Shown here piece by piece: positions 53,141 to 64,000 of a DNA stretch of 64,000 nt. The DNA lies in assembly GCF_009914755.1 (NCBI RefSeq), contig NC_060937.1, one strand, 5' to 3'. How positions within the stretch are numbered: position 1 is the first letter of the stretch; each line of letters begins with the position of its first letter. This DNA comes from the human T2T-CHM13v2.0 reference genome, Homo sapiens. The position numbers and the translations under genes are program-made. The notes beneath the pieces were generated by a model. That model searched no databases. It saw nothing but the letters and a program-made list of their open reading frames with translations, and was not told the origin of the DNA.

Positions 53141-54192
53141 AAGTACCTATTTCATTCTTAAAACATGTCTCTTAAAGTCTACGAAGCAGTTTATTATGTA
53201 TTTAATGAATTTGTTTCACATGATTTGAAATTTAAAAAATGAAACCACTGGCATATAGACAAGTGCTGCATCCCCTCTCCATTCTTATCAATTAGCATCA
53301 ACCTAAACTCAAACACTTCAGTATAATTGGATTGGAACTGACCTAACACAGTGGTTTTTTAATGAGGGGGCAAATGGAAAAGTTGACTGAACAGGGCTTT
53401 GCTTAACAGTAGTGGAAAGCATCATACATTTTTCCACACCCTGTTTCTTGGTTGAAGGTTTGGCTTAATAGACATTTTCAGCTCTATCATTTATGTAGTC
53501 ATTACATGCTTTGGTTCAGAATTTCGGCTTCCTTTCACAAAACAGCTGGCTCAAGCAAACTATTTCCTCAAGCTCATGTGCTTTTTTATTAAGAATCTAT
53601 TGTTCAAATTCATATGCCCCTAGTTTATTTCTTTCCAAAATGAGTTTTTGTGAGCCAAGAGATGAATAGGTAGGTCCTATAACATCATCTGGAAGCCTGT
53701 GATGGAGTTTAGTAGCTGACATCAGTGTTGGATTTTATATGGTTGTTTCCACTGCATAAACTCAGTTCAACGACAACAGATAAGTAACTGTTTTTTTCTT
53801 TAAAAAGTATAAGATGTCCCTTGTGAAAGTCATTCTCACAAGTTACCTTGTAAACAATTCATTTTTTCCCTCATTGCTGTGGATTTCTCTCAAGTATGGA
53901 AACGTGATTTTATCTTTATCTTTTTTTCTTCTTTATACTGAACTTTCCTTTACATAGTCCAGCTCTGACCTGCATACATAGAGAATGGATTGACTAAAAG
54001 TAGAACCTAAGATCCTATTTAAAGTGTCAGCAACTTAATTTCACCAAGATATATATGTTAGGGTAGGTTTAAGAAATAGCTCAAGCAAAAATTAGCAAAT
54101 TATATTGTAATTATTTTCAGAAGAGAAATACAATTAACTCGAAGAAATCAACTAAATTAATGTATTCATTTTGCAAATATGTTTATGCAAGT

Positions 54193-54501
54193 TTTTTTCA
54201 TTGGTTTTGTTGTTTTGTTTTGAGATTGAGTCTCACTCCGTTGCCCAGGTTAGAATGCAATGGTGGGATCTCAGTTTACTACAACCTCCACCTCCTGGGT
54301 TCAGGCAATCTCCCATCTCAGCCTCCCAAGTAGCTGGGATTACAGGCGTGTGCCACCACGCTGGGCTAATTTTTGTATTTTTAGTAGAGACAGGGTTTCA
54401 CCATGTTGGCCAGGCTGGGCTCGAACTCCTGACATCAAGTAATCCCCCCTCCTTGGCCTCCCAAAGTGCTGGATTACAGGCTACAGCCACTGTGCCTGGC
54501 C
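54193..54501 (-). mobile_element. AluS (Sx/Sz-like)
   Basis: Full-length antisense Alu; TSD-like tatgcaagtttt / tgtgcaagtttt. Confidence 0.95.
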
Positions 54502-54667
54502 ACTGTGCAAGTTTTATATTGTTGGATTTTTTACAGAATATTTCTGTACTTTTTTGTTTTCCTGTTGAAATGATCTTTTACTTAAGAATTCAAAATCATA
54601 TTCATATGATTTTCCTGCCTCTACTAATAAGGAAATGCATCTGAATATCTCTAAAATGTGTATCTCT

Positions 54668-55130
54668 TATGGTAGGAAAAAACATGGTAGTCCAATGATG
54701 TCCATGTCCTGATCCTGGATACCTGTGAATATCCTGCCTTACATAGTAAAGAGAATTTACAAATGTAGTTAAGGATCTTCAGAGGGAGAAAGGGAAAGAG
54801 AGAGAGAGAAAGATTGTGAGATTATCCTGGGTTATCCAAGGTCTCAGTGTATCACAAGGGTCATATAAATGAAAGAGGAAGGCTGGAGTGTCACATGAGA
54901 GATATGACAATGGAAGCAGAGATCTGAGTGTGGAAAGGCCACAAAACAAATAATGTGTGCAGGTTCTAGAAGAAGAAAATGCATGGAAATGAACACTTCC
55001 CTAGAACCTCCAGGAGTAAAGCCATAGCAATCCAGTTTAGATGTCTGACCTCTAAAACTGTAAGATAATAAATGTTTTAAGCCACCACATTTGTGGCAAT
55101 TTGGTATAGCAGCAATGAGAAACTAATACA
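54668..55130 (+). mobile_element. MLT1D MaLR solo LTR
   Basis: gatgtccatgtcctgatcc...cctgtgaatat...gagattatcctgg...tctgacctctaaaactgtaagataataaat...gcagcaatgagaaactaataca. Confidence 0.88.
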
Positions 55131-57402
55131 TACCAACTCAAAGACTCTGGAATTTCCCAAGGGGTGCTCCACTGGTACCTACAGAAAAGGTTCCTGTTTT
55201 CAGTTCTCCCAACTCTGACTATATCAATTTCAGCTGAATCTATTTGGTACCTGTGCCACTCTTCCATTATATACAATAGTGTCTGCTGCTCCCTGATGCT
55301 GCTTGGGCATGTTACTGTGTGCTTTAAACATGAAAACATGTCAAGAAATACATACTTGACCTAGTACTTCTCTATTTTCCTTATATTCCACTGAGTATGC
55401 TCCCTCTTTTCTACTGGGAGAGAGAATACACTCCTTCTCCCGTCATTCTATGAGCAAATATAGGGGCACATAAAGTCTATTTGCTCACAGAATTACTGCA
55501 CTTCTTTGATGGACAACGCTGAGCTCAAGATGGAACTGATCAGAGAATATTCTTTCTTAAACTTCTGCTCCTTTGTCTGACATTTATCTGGCGCCACATA
55601 GAAAGTAAATATGATCTTTTTCCCATATGAGTGTGTCCATCATATATGGTGGTATAAATTCGTGTCCCCACATTAACATAGTTGCTCTCTCTAAGCATGC
55701 TTTAGTTTATCATTACTCATCTTAAAGTAAGACAATGACAACAAAAGACACCACAAGTATAGTCTAATCCACACAAAACAGAAAGGTGCTATTATCTCCA
55801 TTGTTCTGAACCACAAAATCCTGTTAATATTGCAAGGTTAAACATTCATTTATGTGATTGATGAAATCAGATTGAATTTGAAGTGACTGACTCCCGTAAT
55901 GAATATTCAAATTTTTATGAATATTAAGATTTTCACTAGTTCTATAATTCTGTTTTGCCATATCCTGGTACTTAGAAGAATGTCCAATATATTCAGAAAA
56001 TATTTGATGCCATTTCTTCCTCTATTGAGAAGTTACCAAATCTCTCCTATGCTTCTAATTTCCTTCTGACACAATCAATAAATTGAATATATAATTGTTA
56101 ATTAAGTAGAGTGATGATCAAAGTGCTGATTTGCCTTATGCCTTGTCAATATAATTAATTACATGAATTAAATTGAAATATTTCTTATAATGAGAAATTA
56201 TTTAATATTAAGGATTAAGCAAAATACTGATTAACAGGAGTAGTGTAAGTTGATGTTTTCATAATTGATTTGTATGTTTAAATTATTTGATTTAATACTT
56301 CATTCGTTGAAAATATTTGACCAATATTTACAAAGTTTTATACAAATATGTGTTTATTGACAATAGGACAATCAGTTAAAATTTTACTATGGAATTCACA
56401 ATTCTGTATTTTTCATTTAATTAGAACATTTTAGAAACAAATGTAATTGTTTTTTTAATAAGGCTCTATGAACATATGTTTAATATTTTTTACACATTTA
56501 AAAATGTTGGGAAATAATTTCTCTCTGTATGAATATCCACACATTATGGATGAGGAATCTGTAAGCTCAAATGTAAAAAAGCCACTCCCGAATAATAATA
56601 CCAGGACAATTACAGAGGGCTTATGATTTGTATGCCTTTGTTCACTATCAACATAATCTTGTTGAATTTCAGTTTTAAGCTAAAACTGTACGACTATGAG
56701 GTTATTGTCTTGCTTTATTTTTGTTTCTCTTAAGAGGTATGGCAGATTTCTAATTAATGGAAGATTTTTATTACTAAAATTCAGGATAACTGAAATTTAC
56801 CTGATTAATAGTGTTCAATAATATATTGCTGATGTTTAAGTGCAATTTTCCAAATAGTACTTCTGCTGAGGAGACAAACACATAACTAAGTTTTTTTGTG
56901 AAGTTAGCCATAAACATCTAAATATTGTACTCAGCAGGTCATATCTGAGAGTGCACTGTATGTACTCAACTAGAGTTTGACGATTTTATAGTTGTCAAAA
57001 ATGTAGGCCTACTTTGAGACTATTAGAATATTTTTGTTTTTCTACTTTTAGGAGTATTCTTTGAATTCCTGCTCTGATAAATTCTGTTCATTCAGTACAA
57101 TTTCTAAGTAAAACAACATGGGTTTTTAAGGCTTTCTTTTTCTATCTTACATTTCCTGAAATTTAAAGATTGTAACAGTAACTTACCATTATTTTTTATA
57201 ATTCTTTTTCTCGTCCCATGAATTCTTTTTGCATAGCAGTTTGAGGGAGACAATGGAAGAGGGAGGAAGATAAACTTGGAAGTATTGATATTTTCTTCAC
57301 CTATGCATGCAAATATAAAAATGGAATTAAACTTCAAAACTATTTTAATTTATAATATCAAAATTATATTGATTCCTTTTATTTTCATATATATTTTTAA
57401 TA

Positions 57403-57658
57403 CTTAGTGTAGTGACTCAGTACAGATTCTAAAGACAGACTAGCTGAGAGTGAGCCATGACTCCACCATTTTTTTTTTTTTTGCTGCTTGACCAAGTAGG
57501 TCAACCCCTCTTTGCCTAAGTTTGCATATCTGTAAAATAAAGATAAAAATAATACCCAAATGACATGTCAATGTTGAAACTATTAAATTTTTAATATATT
57601 TAAGCTCCTTGAAACTGTATCTAGCACATAGTAAAATACTTCATAGCCATAGGCTACT
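57403..57658 (+). mobile_element. MIR, near full length
   Basis: cttgaccaagtaggtcaacccctctttgcctaagtttgcatatctgtaaaat...tctagcacatagtaa. Confidence 0.8.
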
Positions 57659-58431
57659 TTTTGAAAAAATATGAAGTTAAAAATTAAATGAAATAATTAT
57701 GTGTGTCAACTCAATACTTGGAAAGTTCTGGAACATAGCAGCCTAAAGAAAGAATAAAGCATCCAAAAGTTTTATTTAATTTTATTTTTCATTACCCATA
57801 TTCTGGTCCCTACAATATATACATACATTTATAGTTTTTTGAAATCAATCTTATAACAGCAGGCAAAATCAAAATAATGAACTGAACATTGCATTCTATA
57901 AATTGGCATTAAAAGAAAGAGAAAAAGGAAAGAGAAGGAAAAACATAAGAAATCTGCAAATGTATAAATACTAAGACAAAAAGTAACTCACAGTAACAAC
58001 AACTTTAATCCCATCTAATAATGGTAGCATTGGAATGTTTTCAGTTTTTATATTAAACTCTCACATCTTAATTTTATAATATTTGTGTAATGTTTGTAAA
58101 TCAAAATTGTATCTTTATTATATTCTGTGTAAATAAAAAGTGTGCTCTTTTTAGCCAAGAAACTCCAAATTATTTCTATATAAATTTGGAAGAAAACATA
58201 GGTAATATTTAACCATTAGAAAAAATAGTATTTAAATATCTTTAATGGCAAGTTACTTTAACAATTCTAGATAATCCATTCATTTGTATTTTGTTTATAT
58301 AAAATGTACATAAAATAACAACTACAGTAAATCTTCTGAACTAGCATCCATTTAATAAACTCACCAGAATAATTGCCATACCACACTTTCCCCTGAAAAC
58401 ATACAGACTAAAGCCCTTGACATACTGACAA

Positions 58432-58494
58432 CTCACTTTTATCACTATCACTATAAAACTTTATCACTATCACTATCACAACTCACTATAAAAA
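58432..58494 (+). repeat. Short tandem repeat, (ACTATC)n with a duplicated block
   Basis: tttatcactatcactataaaactttatcactatcactatcac. Confidence 0.8.
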
Positions 58495-60415
58495 CAAAAC
58501 TAAACTAAACAAGAGTCCAATTGGAGATAGGTTGATAAGGCAAGTAGTTTTAAGAATAATATCAACAAATCAGTTTATTAGCTATGAACAAAGTCAAAAT
58601 TGGGATAGGTGAGAATAATATTTAAGAGGATAACATTACATTCTTATTGCTAATGAAGGAAATTGAAACTGAAATTTGTAGACAATATATTTAATAGTGC
58701 AGATTATCAGAGAAAAAGAAAATATTAGAGCCCTGTATTAAATGATTGTCAAATTGCTTTTTATATTTATGTTCAATTAAAATATTACATATTTATGTGA
58801 CATTTTGTAATTCTCACCTTGATAAATGGTACTGATTAACGAAGCAAGAATCATTCCCAATTATTTTGTATAAAGGGGTTTCTGTTAAATCTAAAATGTG
58901 CAGGAAAATTCCACAGCTGGGTATTACATAAATAATTTTAGAGTTTTTTTTCTATACAACAGTATAATATAATTTTAGAATCAGGGAGTAGCAGTACATT
59001 TTTAGATGCTAAAATGTAAAAGAACTAAGGTCAACCGACCTCACTTTTAATGCATGTATTAATGCTGAATTTTGTTTACTGTTTCTAAATAGCAGATAAA
59101 ATAAATAGAAACCCTGAGATATTCCATAACATTTCTTTTCATAAATAATTAGGGTTTTTGATTGCTAGAGTATGTCTTTAAAATCACATATCTATTTTTT
59201 ATTTACGTTTAGTTTCAGCTTCTTTCTCCCCAGGTTATACCTTCCTTTCCCATCTTCTTTCTCAGTTGGTTGGTATCCATCTTTGATTATCCTTCTAATG
59301 GTCAGTAGACAAAGATTGTAATTTTAGATATTATAATCAACTATGACCACATCCAGAAAAAAAATACAATGTAACTTATTTTTGTCTATTTTATAAGTAT
59401 TAGGTAACCACACATTGCACCCCAACCCTCTATCTCCACAAACATCTCCACACATTTATTTGGCAGAAAATGTGTCAACAGATTATTCGAAATTTATCAT
59501 TTTCCAGAGCAATGAGAATGATTTGATTTAGACTAATTTAAATTTATTATTGTGATGGAGATATGAACACTTGTTGATCTATGGATCTAAGGAACTATGC
59601 TGGTTGTTATCAATAAAACTGATGGAATATTTTGCGTGTAGACCGCCAACAATACCTATTAAAATAGAGGGCACTTACCTTAGCAACCTATTCTTGAAAT
59701 TCTTATTTGATTTAATTAAACCAAAGCTCAAGTAATGTTGAAGTGATGCAGGTTCTATATGGAATAATCTCAGCTAACAAAAAGGAAGAAATCTAAAGAG
59801 AATGTAAAAGAGACCAAAAAATAATCTAAACAAGTATTTAACATTTCTGGGAAGGATGGATGATGAAACAGAATACTATTTGACAGGCAGTTCTATTCTG
59901 TAAGCAGGTAATGCATATTCAGAAGTACTGCTCAGTACATAAGATCAGAAAAGGATGGATCTTAGGACAGTTTTCACAACTCCTCTGATTTAAATAGGGA
60001 ACGAGTCACCATACATTAGCACACAGTTCCAGTTAAATAAGGGATCTTGAAGTTGCTATTTAAAATCTGGAAACAGGCAAAGGAGAGCAAGGAAGAAACT
60101 TAAATGTTTGACTGCTGGTAATGAAAAGGCTAGTAATCTTACTGATTTATAGTAAAGACAAAAGTTAAGGAATAAGCAATATGGATATGACACTGAGCAA
60201 ATTGAGATCTTTAAGTGATCTCTAATAAGGGACACAACAGATTGAAAAATCTGGATTAGAAATGAATCTGAAACTTGGGGTTATATGACCATAACTATGA
60301 GAAAAAATGACTTGAAGAAAATCCTTGATAGTCCAGAAGATAGTGCCTGAAATGGTGAGAGAAAATGATAGGTATAGGTTAGAGAAGAAAAGCTCAGAAA
60401 ATTTTCAGCCTTAAA

Positions 60416-60905
60416 TATAAAGACACATGCACACGTATGTTTATTGCGGCACTATTCACAATAGCAAAGACTTGGAACCAACCCAAATGTCCAACAATGA
60501 TAGACTGGATTAAGAAAATGTGGCACATATACACCATGGAATACTATGCAGCCATAAAAAATGATGAGTTCATGTCCTTTGTAGGGACATGGATGAAATT
60601 GGAAATCATCATTCTCAGTAAAATATCGCAAGAACAAAAAACCACCGCATATTCTCACTCATAGGTGGGAATTGAACAATGAGAACACATGGACACAGGA
60701 AGGGGAACATCACACTCTGGGGACTGTTGTGGGGTGGGGGGAGGGGGGAGGGATAGCATTGGGAGATATACTTAATGCTAGATGACGAGTTAGTGGGTGC
60801 AGCGCACCAGCATGGCACATGTATACATATGTAACTAACCTGCACATTGTGCACATGTACCCTAAAACTTTAAAGTATAATAATAATAATAAATAAAGAA
60901 AAAAA
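60416..60905 (+). mobile_element. L1PA2-like 5'-truncated LINE (ORF2 C-terminus plus 3'UTR)
   Basis: ORF 60437-60664 (MFIAALFTIAKTWNQPKCPTMIDWIKKMWHIYTMEYYAAIK) is the L1 ORF2 C-terminus; gatgacgagttagtgggtgcagcg has GAG rather than the L1HS-Ta ACA; G-rich tract and A-rich tail. Confidence 0.95.
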
Positions 60906-61899
60906 GGCTTATTGGTTTAATTCTGGATAACTTATTTGGAAACACTGAAAAAATGATGGTGATAGAAAGGCTTATGACATACACACACATAAACATACAC
61001 ACATTTGTTTCTTCCAAGTGTAATTTCTCTTTAAAGGTACATTTGGGTTCTTTGGATAGTAGCGTTTATAAACCGATTTTGGAGAAACTTCATTTTTTAC
61101 AATATTGTAAAGTGTATTAGTGTACTATATATTTTACAGGAGATTTTCCTAAAAGATGCTTGAATAGACTTTTGACAAACACCAATTACATAATACATTC
61201 ATAGCACATGAGTTCCACCCCATAATAGAGTATGATGTAATTGCAAGATTTGTCCTCTCCTTCAGACAAATAACAATTTGAATAATTAAGTAAATTATAA
61301 ATATATTTACTTAATAATTATATATTTACTTATATATATTTTATATATTAAGTATATAATATACATACTATATACTTAAAATAATATGTTAATATATATT
61401 TACATATTTACTTAATAATTTGAACAATTAAATATATTCATAAAGTAAATTTTCACTCTTAAACATTGTTACTTAAGCAAAATTAAAAATTTTTACATGT
61501 TTTGGAAACAATTTTTATTATATTCATATTAGTTACTTTAAATATCCTATTATAAAACTGTACTACTCTGGGAAATTTGCACATAGGACCATTCATATTT
61601 ATCTTAAAACATTAAAAAATGAAAATGCAACTTGATACAAAATAAAATATATAAAATAAATAAAATTAATATACTACAGTGTAACAATTGTAATACAAAA
61701 AGAATATATCTAGCACTTTTAAAATAAAGTATGAAAACATCATTTATTTTTCTCCTTACATCAGGTGTCAATATAGTTATTGGGAATTGAAGATGATTTA
61801 CAATTCTAAATTTTCTGACATTCTAAGAATAGTGACGACCGAAGGGCTCTTAGATGTCAATAATCTTTTAGTACACACCACCACCACCCTGGCCACAAA

Positions 61900-62482
61900 A
61901 AAGCAAATCAGAGAAAATTGTAGGGCCATTGTTTACAGGCATAGCAATGGCCTAGGCGCTGCCACAGAAGAGTTCTGCTTGATAGCACTGTACCATCTTG
62001 GCTCCTGACCGGAACACACTCAGATCCTTCTTGCCTATGTGAGGTGATCACAGAGAATGGGACACAAGTGAACGAAGGAGCCCAAAACTGGCAGATACAC
62101 AAGCAAGAGATGTTGAGCAGCAGCCATGCCAAAGAGAAAGCTGCACAGAACCAGAGACAGAGAAGGAGAGAGATTTACTGTATCAGAAGGAGCAGTTACG
62201 GTGACAAGCAGACAGGACTTCTGAGTCACCATAACAGCAGAAGTAAGGTTGCTGGAGCAGGAAGCAATGTGCTCTGCCTGCTGAGGAAACAAGAGGATGG
62301 CCAGATCATCCAGTGGCCCCAGAAGTTACTGCTGCAACTTGAGAGATGCTTTGTATCCAGATGATAATCCTGACTTCCTCCAAATTTCAACGTGAGACAG
62401 TCAAAGCCATGTTCTCTTTTTTGTTATGCTCTGATAATAAATCCTTATCAACTGAAACAACTTTTATGTGAGTCTGATTCTT
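61900..62482 (+). mobile_element. Ancient ERVL-type LTR
   Basis: 3' end aataaatccttatcaactgaaacaacttttatgtgagtctgattcttgcagcctaaaaaagtaataca. Confidence 0.5.
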
Positions 62483-63398
62483 GCAGCCTAAAAAAGTAAT
62501 ACATCAATATTTAATTATTTGTGATCCACACCTTTCCTCATATGACACAAGAAAAATTTTAACTAAAAAACTGTAAACACTAAAGATGTTAAAATAGAGA
62601 TTGCAAAATTCAAGTTAGGAAGGAACATATTTTTACCAACTTAAGGGCTAATCTCATTTCTAAATTTAAACACTGTAAACTGTAAACGTCTGGCAAGCAG
62701 AGCAAACAACAGACGTCTGATGAAGTAAGAAAGTCTATAGAATTCTTATTATCTCATAAAAAACAGTATTTTTGATTCAAAAAAGGCACCATTTTTGCTT
62801 ATAGTAACTTTTCAGGTGCAATATGATCTTATACAAGCAGCATTAAATCAAAGGTGTAAGTGATGTCTTTAACAGAAAGTTTATAGTAAATCCAGAAGTT
62901 CTCTAAAACGATCTTTTCCTGTGATCATCCATGATAAAAGACAAGGAAATTGTATGAAAACCACATTGTCTGTTTTCAATTCTCCCTTTATTTTGGCCGC
63001 CCATCCTATTGTCTTTAAAAGGTATTTTGGAACACATATTTTTTTCCGTATTTAAATGTTGAACAAGGCTATGCTTTATATTGTTATACCTTCATTTCCT
63101 AGTTTTAAGTTACTTAATAAAATTTGCCTAATCTCCTGACTCATACTTTTGTTCCTCTGCCTAAATGTGAGTTGCCTATGCCAGCATATTTTCTCTCAGA
63201 CATTTCATTTCCCATGTTTTAATATACAGATCTAGCTCCCTCAGAAAGTCATTGTCAAAAAGAAACAATACTTCAAACTGTGCAATTTAAGATGTCCAAT
63301 ATATCAAAAATAAAATAGCACAACTAAAAGGATGATACAAAAATAAATCAACTAAGATATTAAGGACAATGCAAACATTCTGACAGATGATACAAATT

Positions 63399-63467
63399 AT
63401 GCATTACTGATTTCTTTAGTAAAAGTCTAATGCATTTACTAATTTCTTTACTAAAAGTCTAATGCAT
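63399..63467 (+). repeat. 31/32-bp tandem duplication
   Basis: atgcatt(t)act(g/a)atttcttta(g/c)taaaagtcta twice, then atgcat. Confidence 0.9.
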
Positions 63468-63719
63468 ATCTCCAAAATTGTCACTTAAAGATTTCCATTT
63501 AAATTATAAAAAGTCTCTTTAAGGACAGGTAATGATAATTCTTTGGTTTTTAGTGCAGCCATAAGTGGTGTCAAAGTCTAAGAAACTGTTGTAATTAGAA
63601 AATGTCTCTTTTTCTTATTTTAGCTGTAAGTTTCCAACCCTCTTACTACCCAATTTGGGTGCTAATATCTGATTTCCAATGAGTCTTTATGAAGTTTGAT
63701 GTACTGGGTATGGGCTGAG

Positions 63720-63853
63720 CGTGATGGTTAATTTTAGGTATCAGCTTAACTGGGTTAAGGGATACTCAGATTGTTGGCAAATAATTATTTCTTGGTATGT
63801 CCGTGAAAGTGTTTCTAGAAGAGACTGGCATTTGAATCATGGGCTGACTTAAG
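63720..63853 (+). mobile_element. MLT2B-like ERVL LTR, 5' part
   Basis: gtgatggttaattttaggtatcagcttaactgggttaagggatactcaga...gtgtttctagaagagactggcatttgaatc. Confidence 0.85.
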
Positions 63854-64000
63854 TCATGTGGTTTGGCTGTGTCCCCACCCAAATCTCATCTTAAATTATA
63901 GTTCCCACAATCCCCACAGGTTGTGGGAGGGACCTGATGGGAAGTAATTAAATCATAGGGGCGGTTACCCCTATGTTGCTGTTCTCATGATAGTGAGTGA
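63854..64000 (+). mobile_element. THE1 LTR inserted in MLT2 (runs off the window)
   Basis: tggtttggctgtgtccccacccaaatctcatctt...gtgggagggacctgatggg...gctgttctcatgatagtgagtga. Confidence 0.9.

Noticed and set aside
54171-54644. 157-aa ORF and similar ORFs at 21160, 29224, 38205, 47192, 51114 and 51829
   Set aside because: These are Alu-derived translations (e.g. [20 protein letters not shown]), not genes.
60437-60664. ORF with a real protein match
   Set aside because: It is the L1 ORF2 C-terminal remnant of a 5'-truncated element and is frameshifted near its end.
60718-60752. G-quadruplex motif
   Set aside because: Standard feature of L1PA 3'UTRs.
61280-61450. AT-rich quasi-palindromic tract
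   Set aside because: Low-complexity (TA)-derived sequence in which inverted matches are expected.
62044-62364. 106-aa ORF
   Set aside because: GTG start, lies within a probable ancient LTR, and has no recognisable homology or splice context.

Overview
This is AT-rich, CpG-depleted non-coding primate genomic DNA. AluY and an L1PA2-type 3' end point to human or another great ape. It reads as a gene desert or deep intron. I found no protein-coding gene, processed pseudogene, tRNA, rRNA or CRISPR array, and the short ORFs I could place lie in repeats or low-complexity sequence. A large share of the window is interspersed repeat: about 10 Alus, several L1 and L2 fragments, MIRs, many solo LTRs (MER52, LTR27, MER57-type, MER50, LTR26, LTR8, THE1, MLT1/MLT2, LTR16-type) and DNA transposons (MER3, MER47A, MADE1). 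Family names come from recalled consensus sequences, not a database run. I see no novel multi-gene system. The most interesting oddities are: (1) a short, precisely spliced L1PA 5'UTR fragment (SpIRE-like) at 52108-52248 with no 3' end; (2) a ~460-bp foreign segment replacing part of an old L1MA; (3) an LTR26 carrying a MADE1 hairpin and a triplicated AP-1/CRE unit, with a candidate exon downstream; (4) candidate lncRNA exons; (5) a hairpin cluster at 55.3-55.5 kb; (6) an ARE/AP-1/RUNX motif cluster at 33.3 kb.
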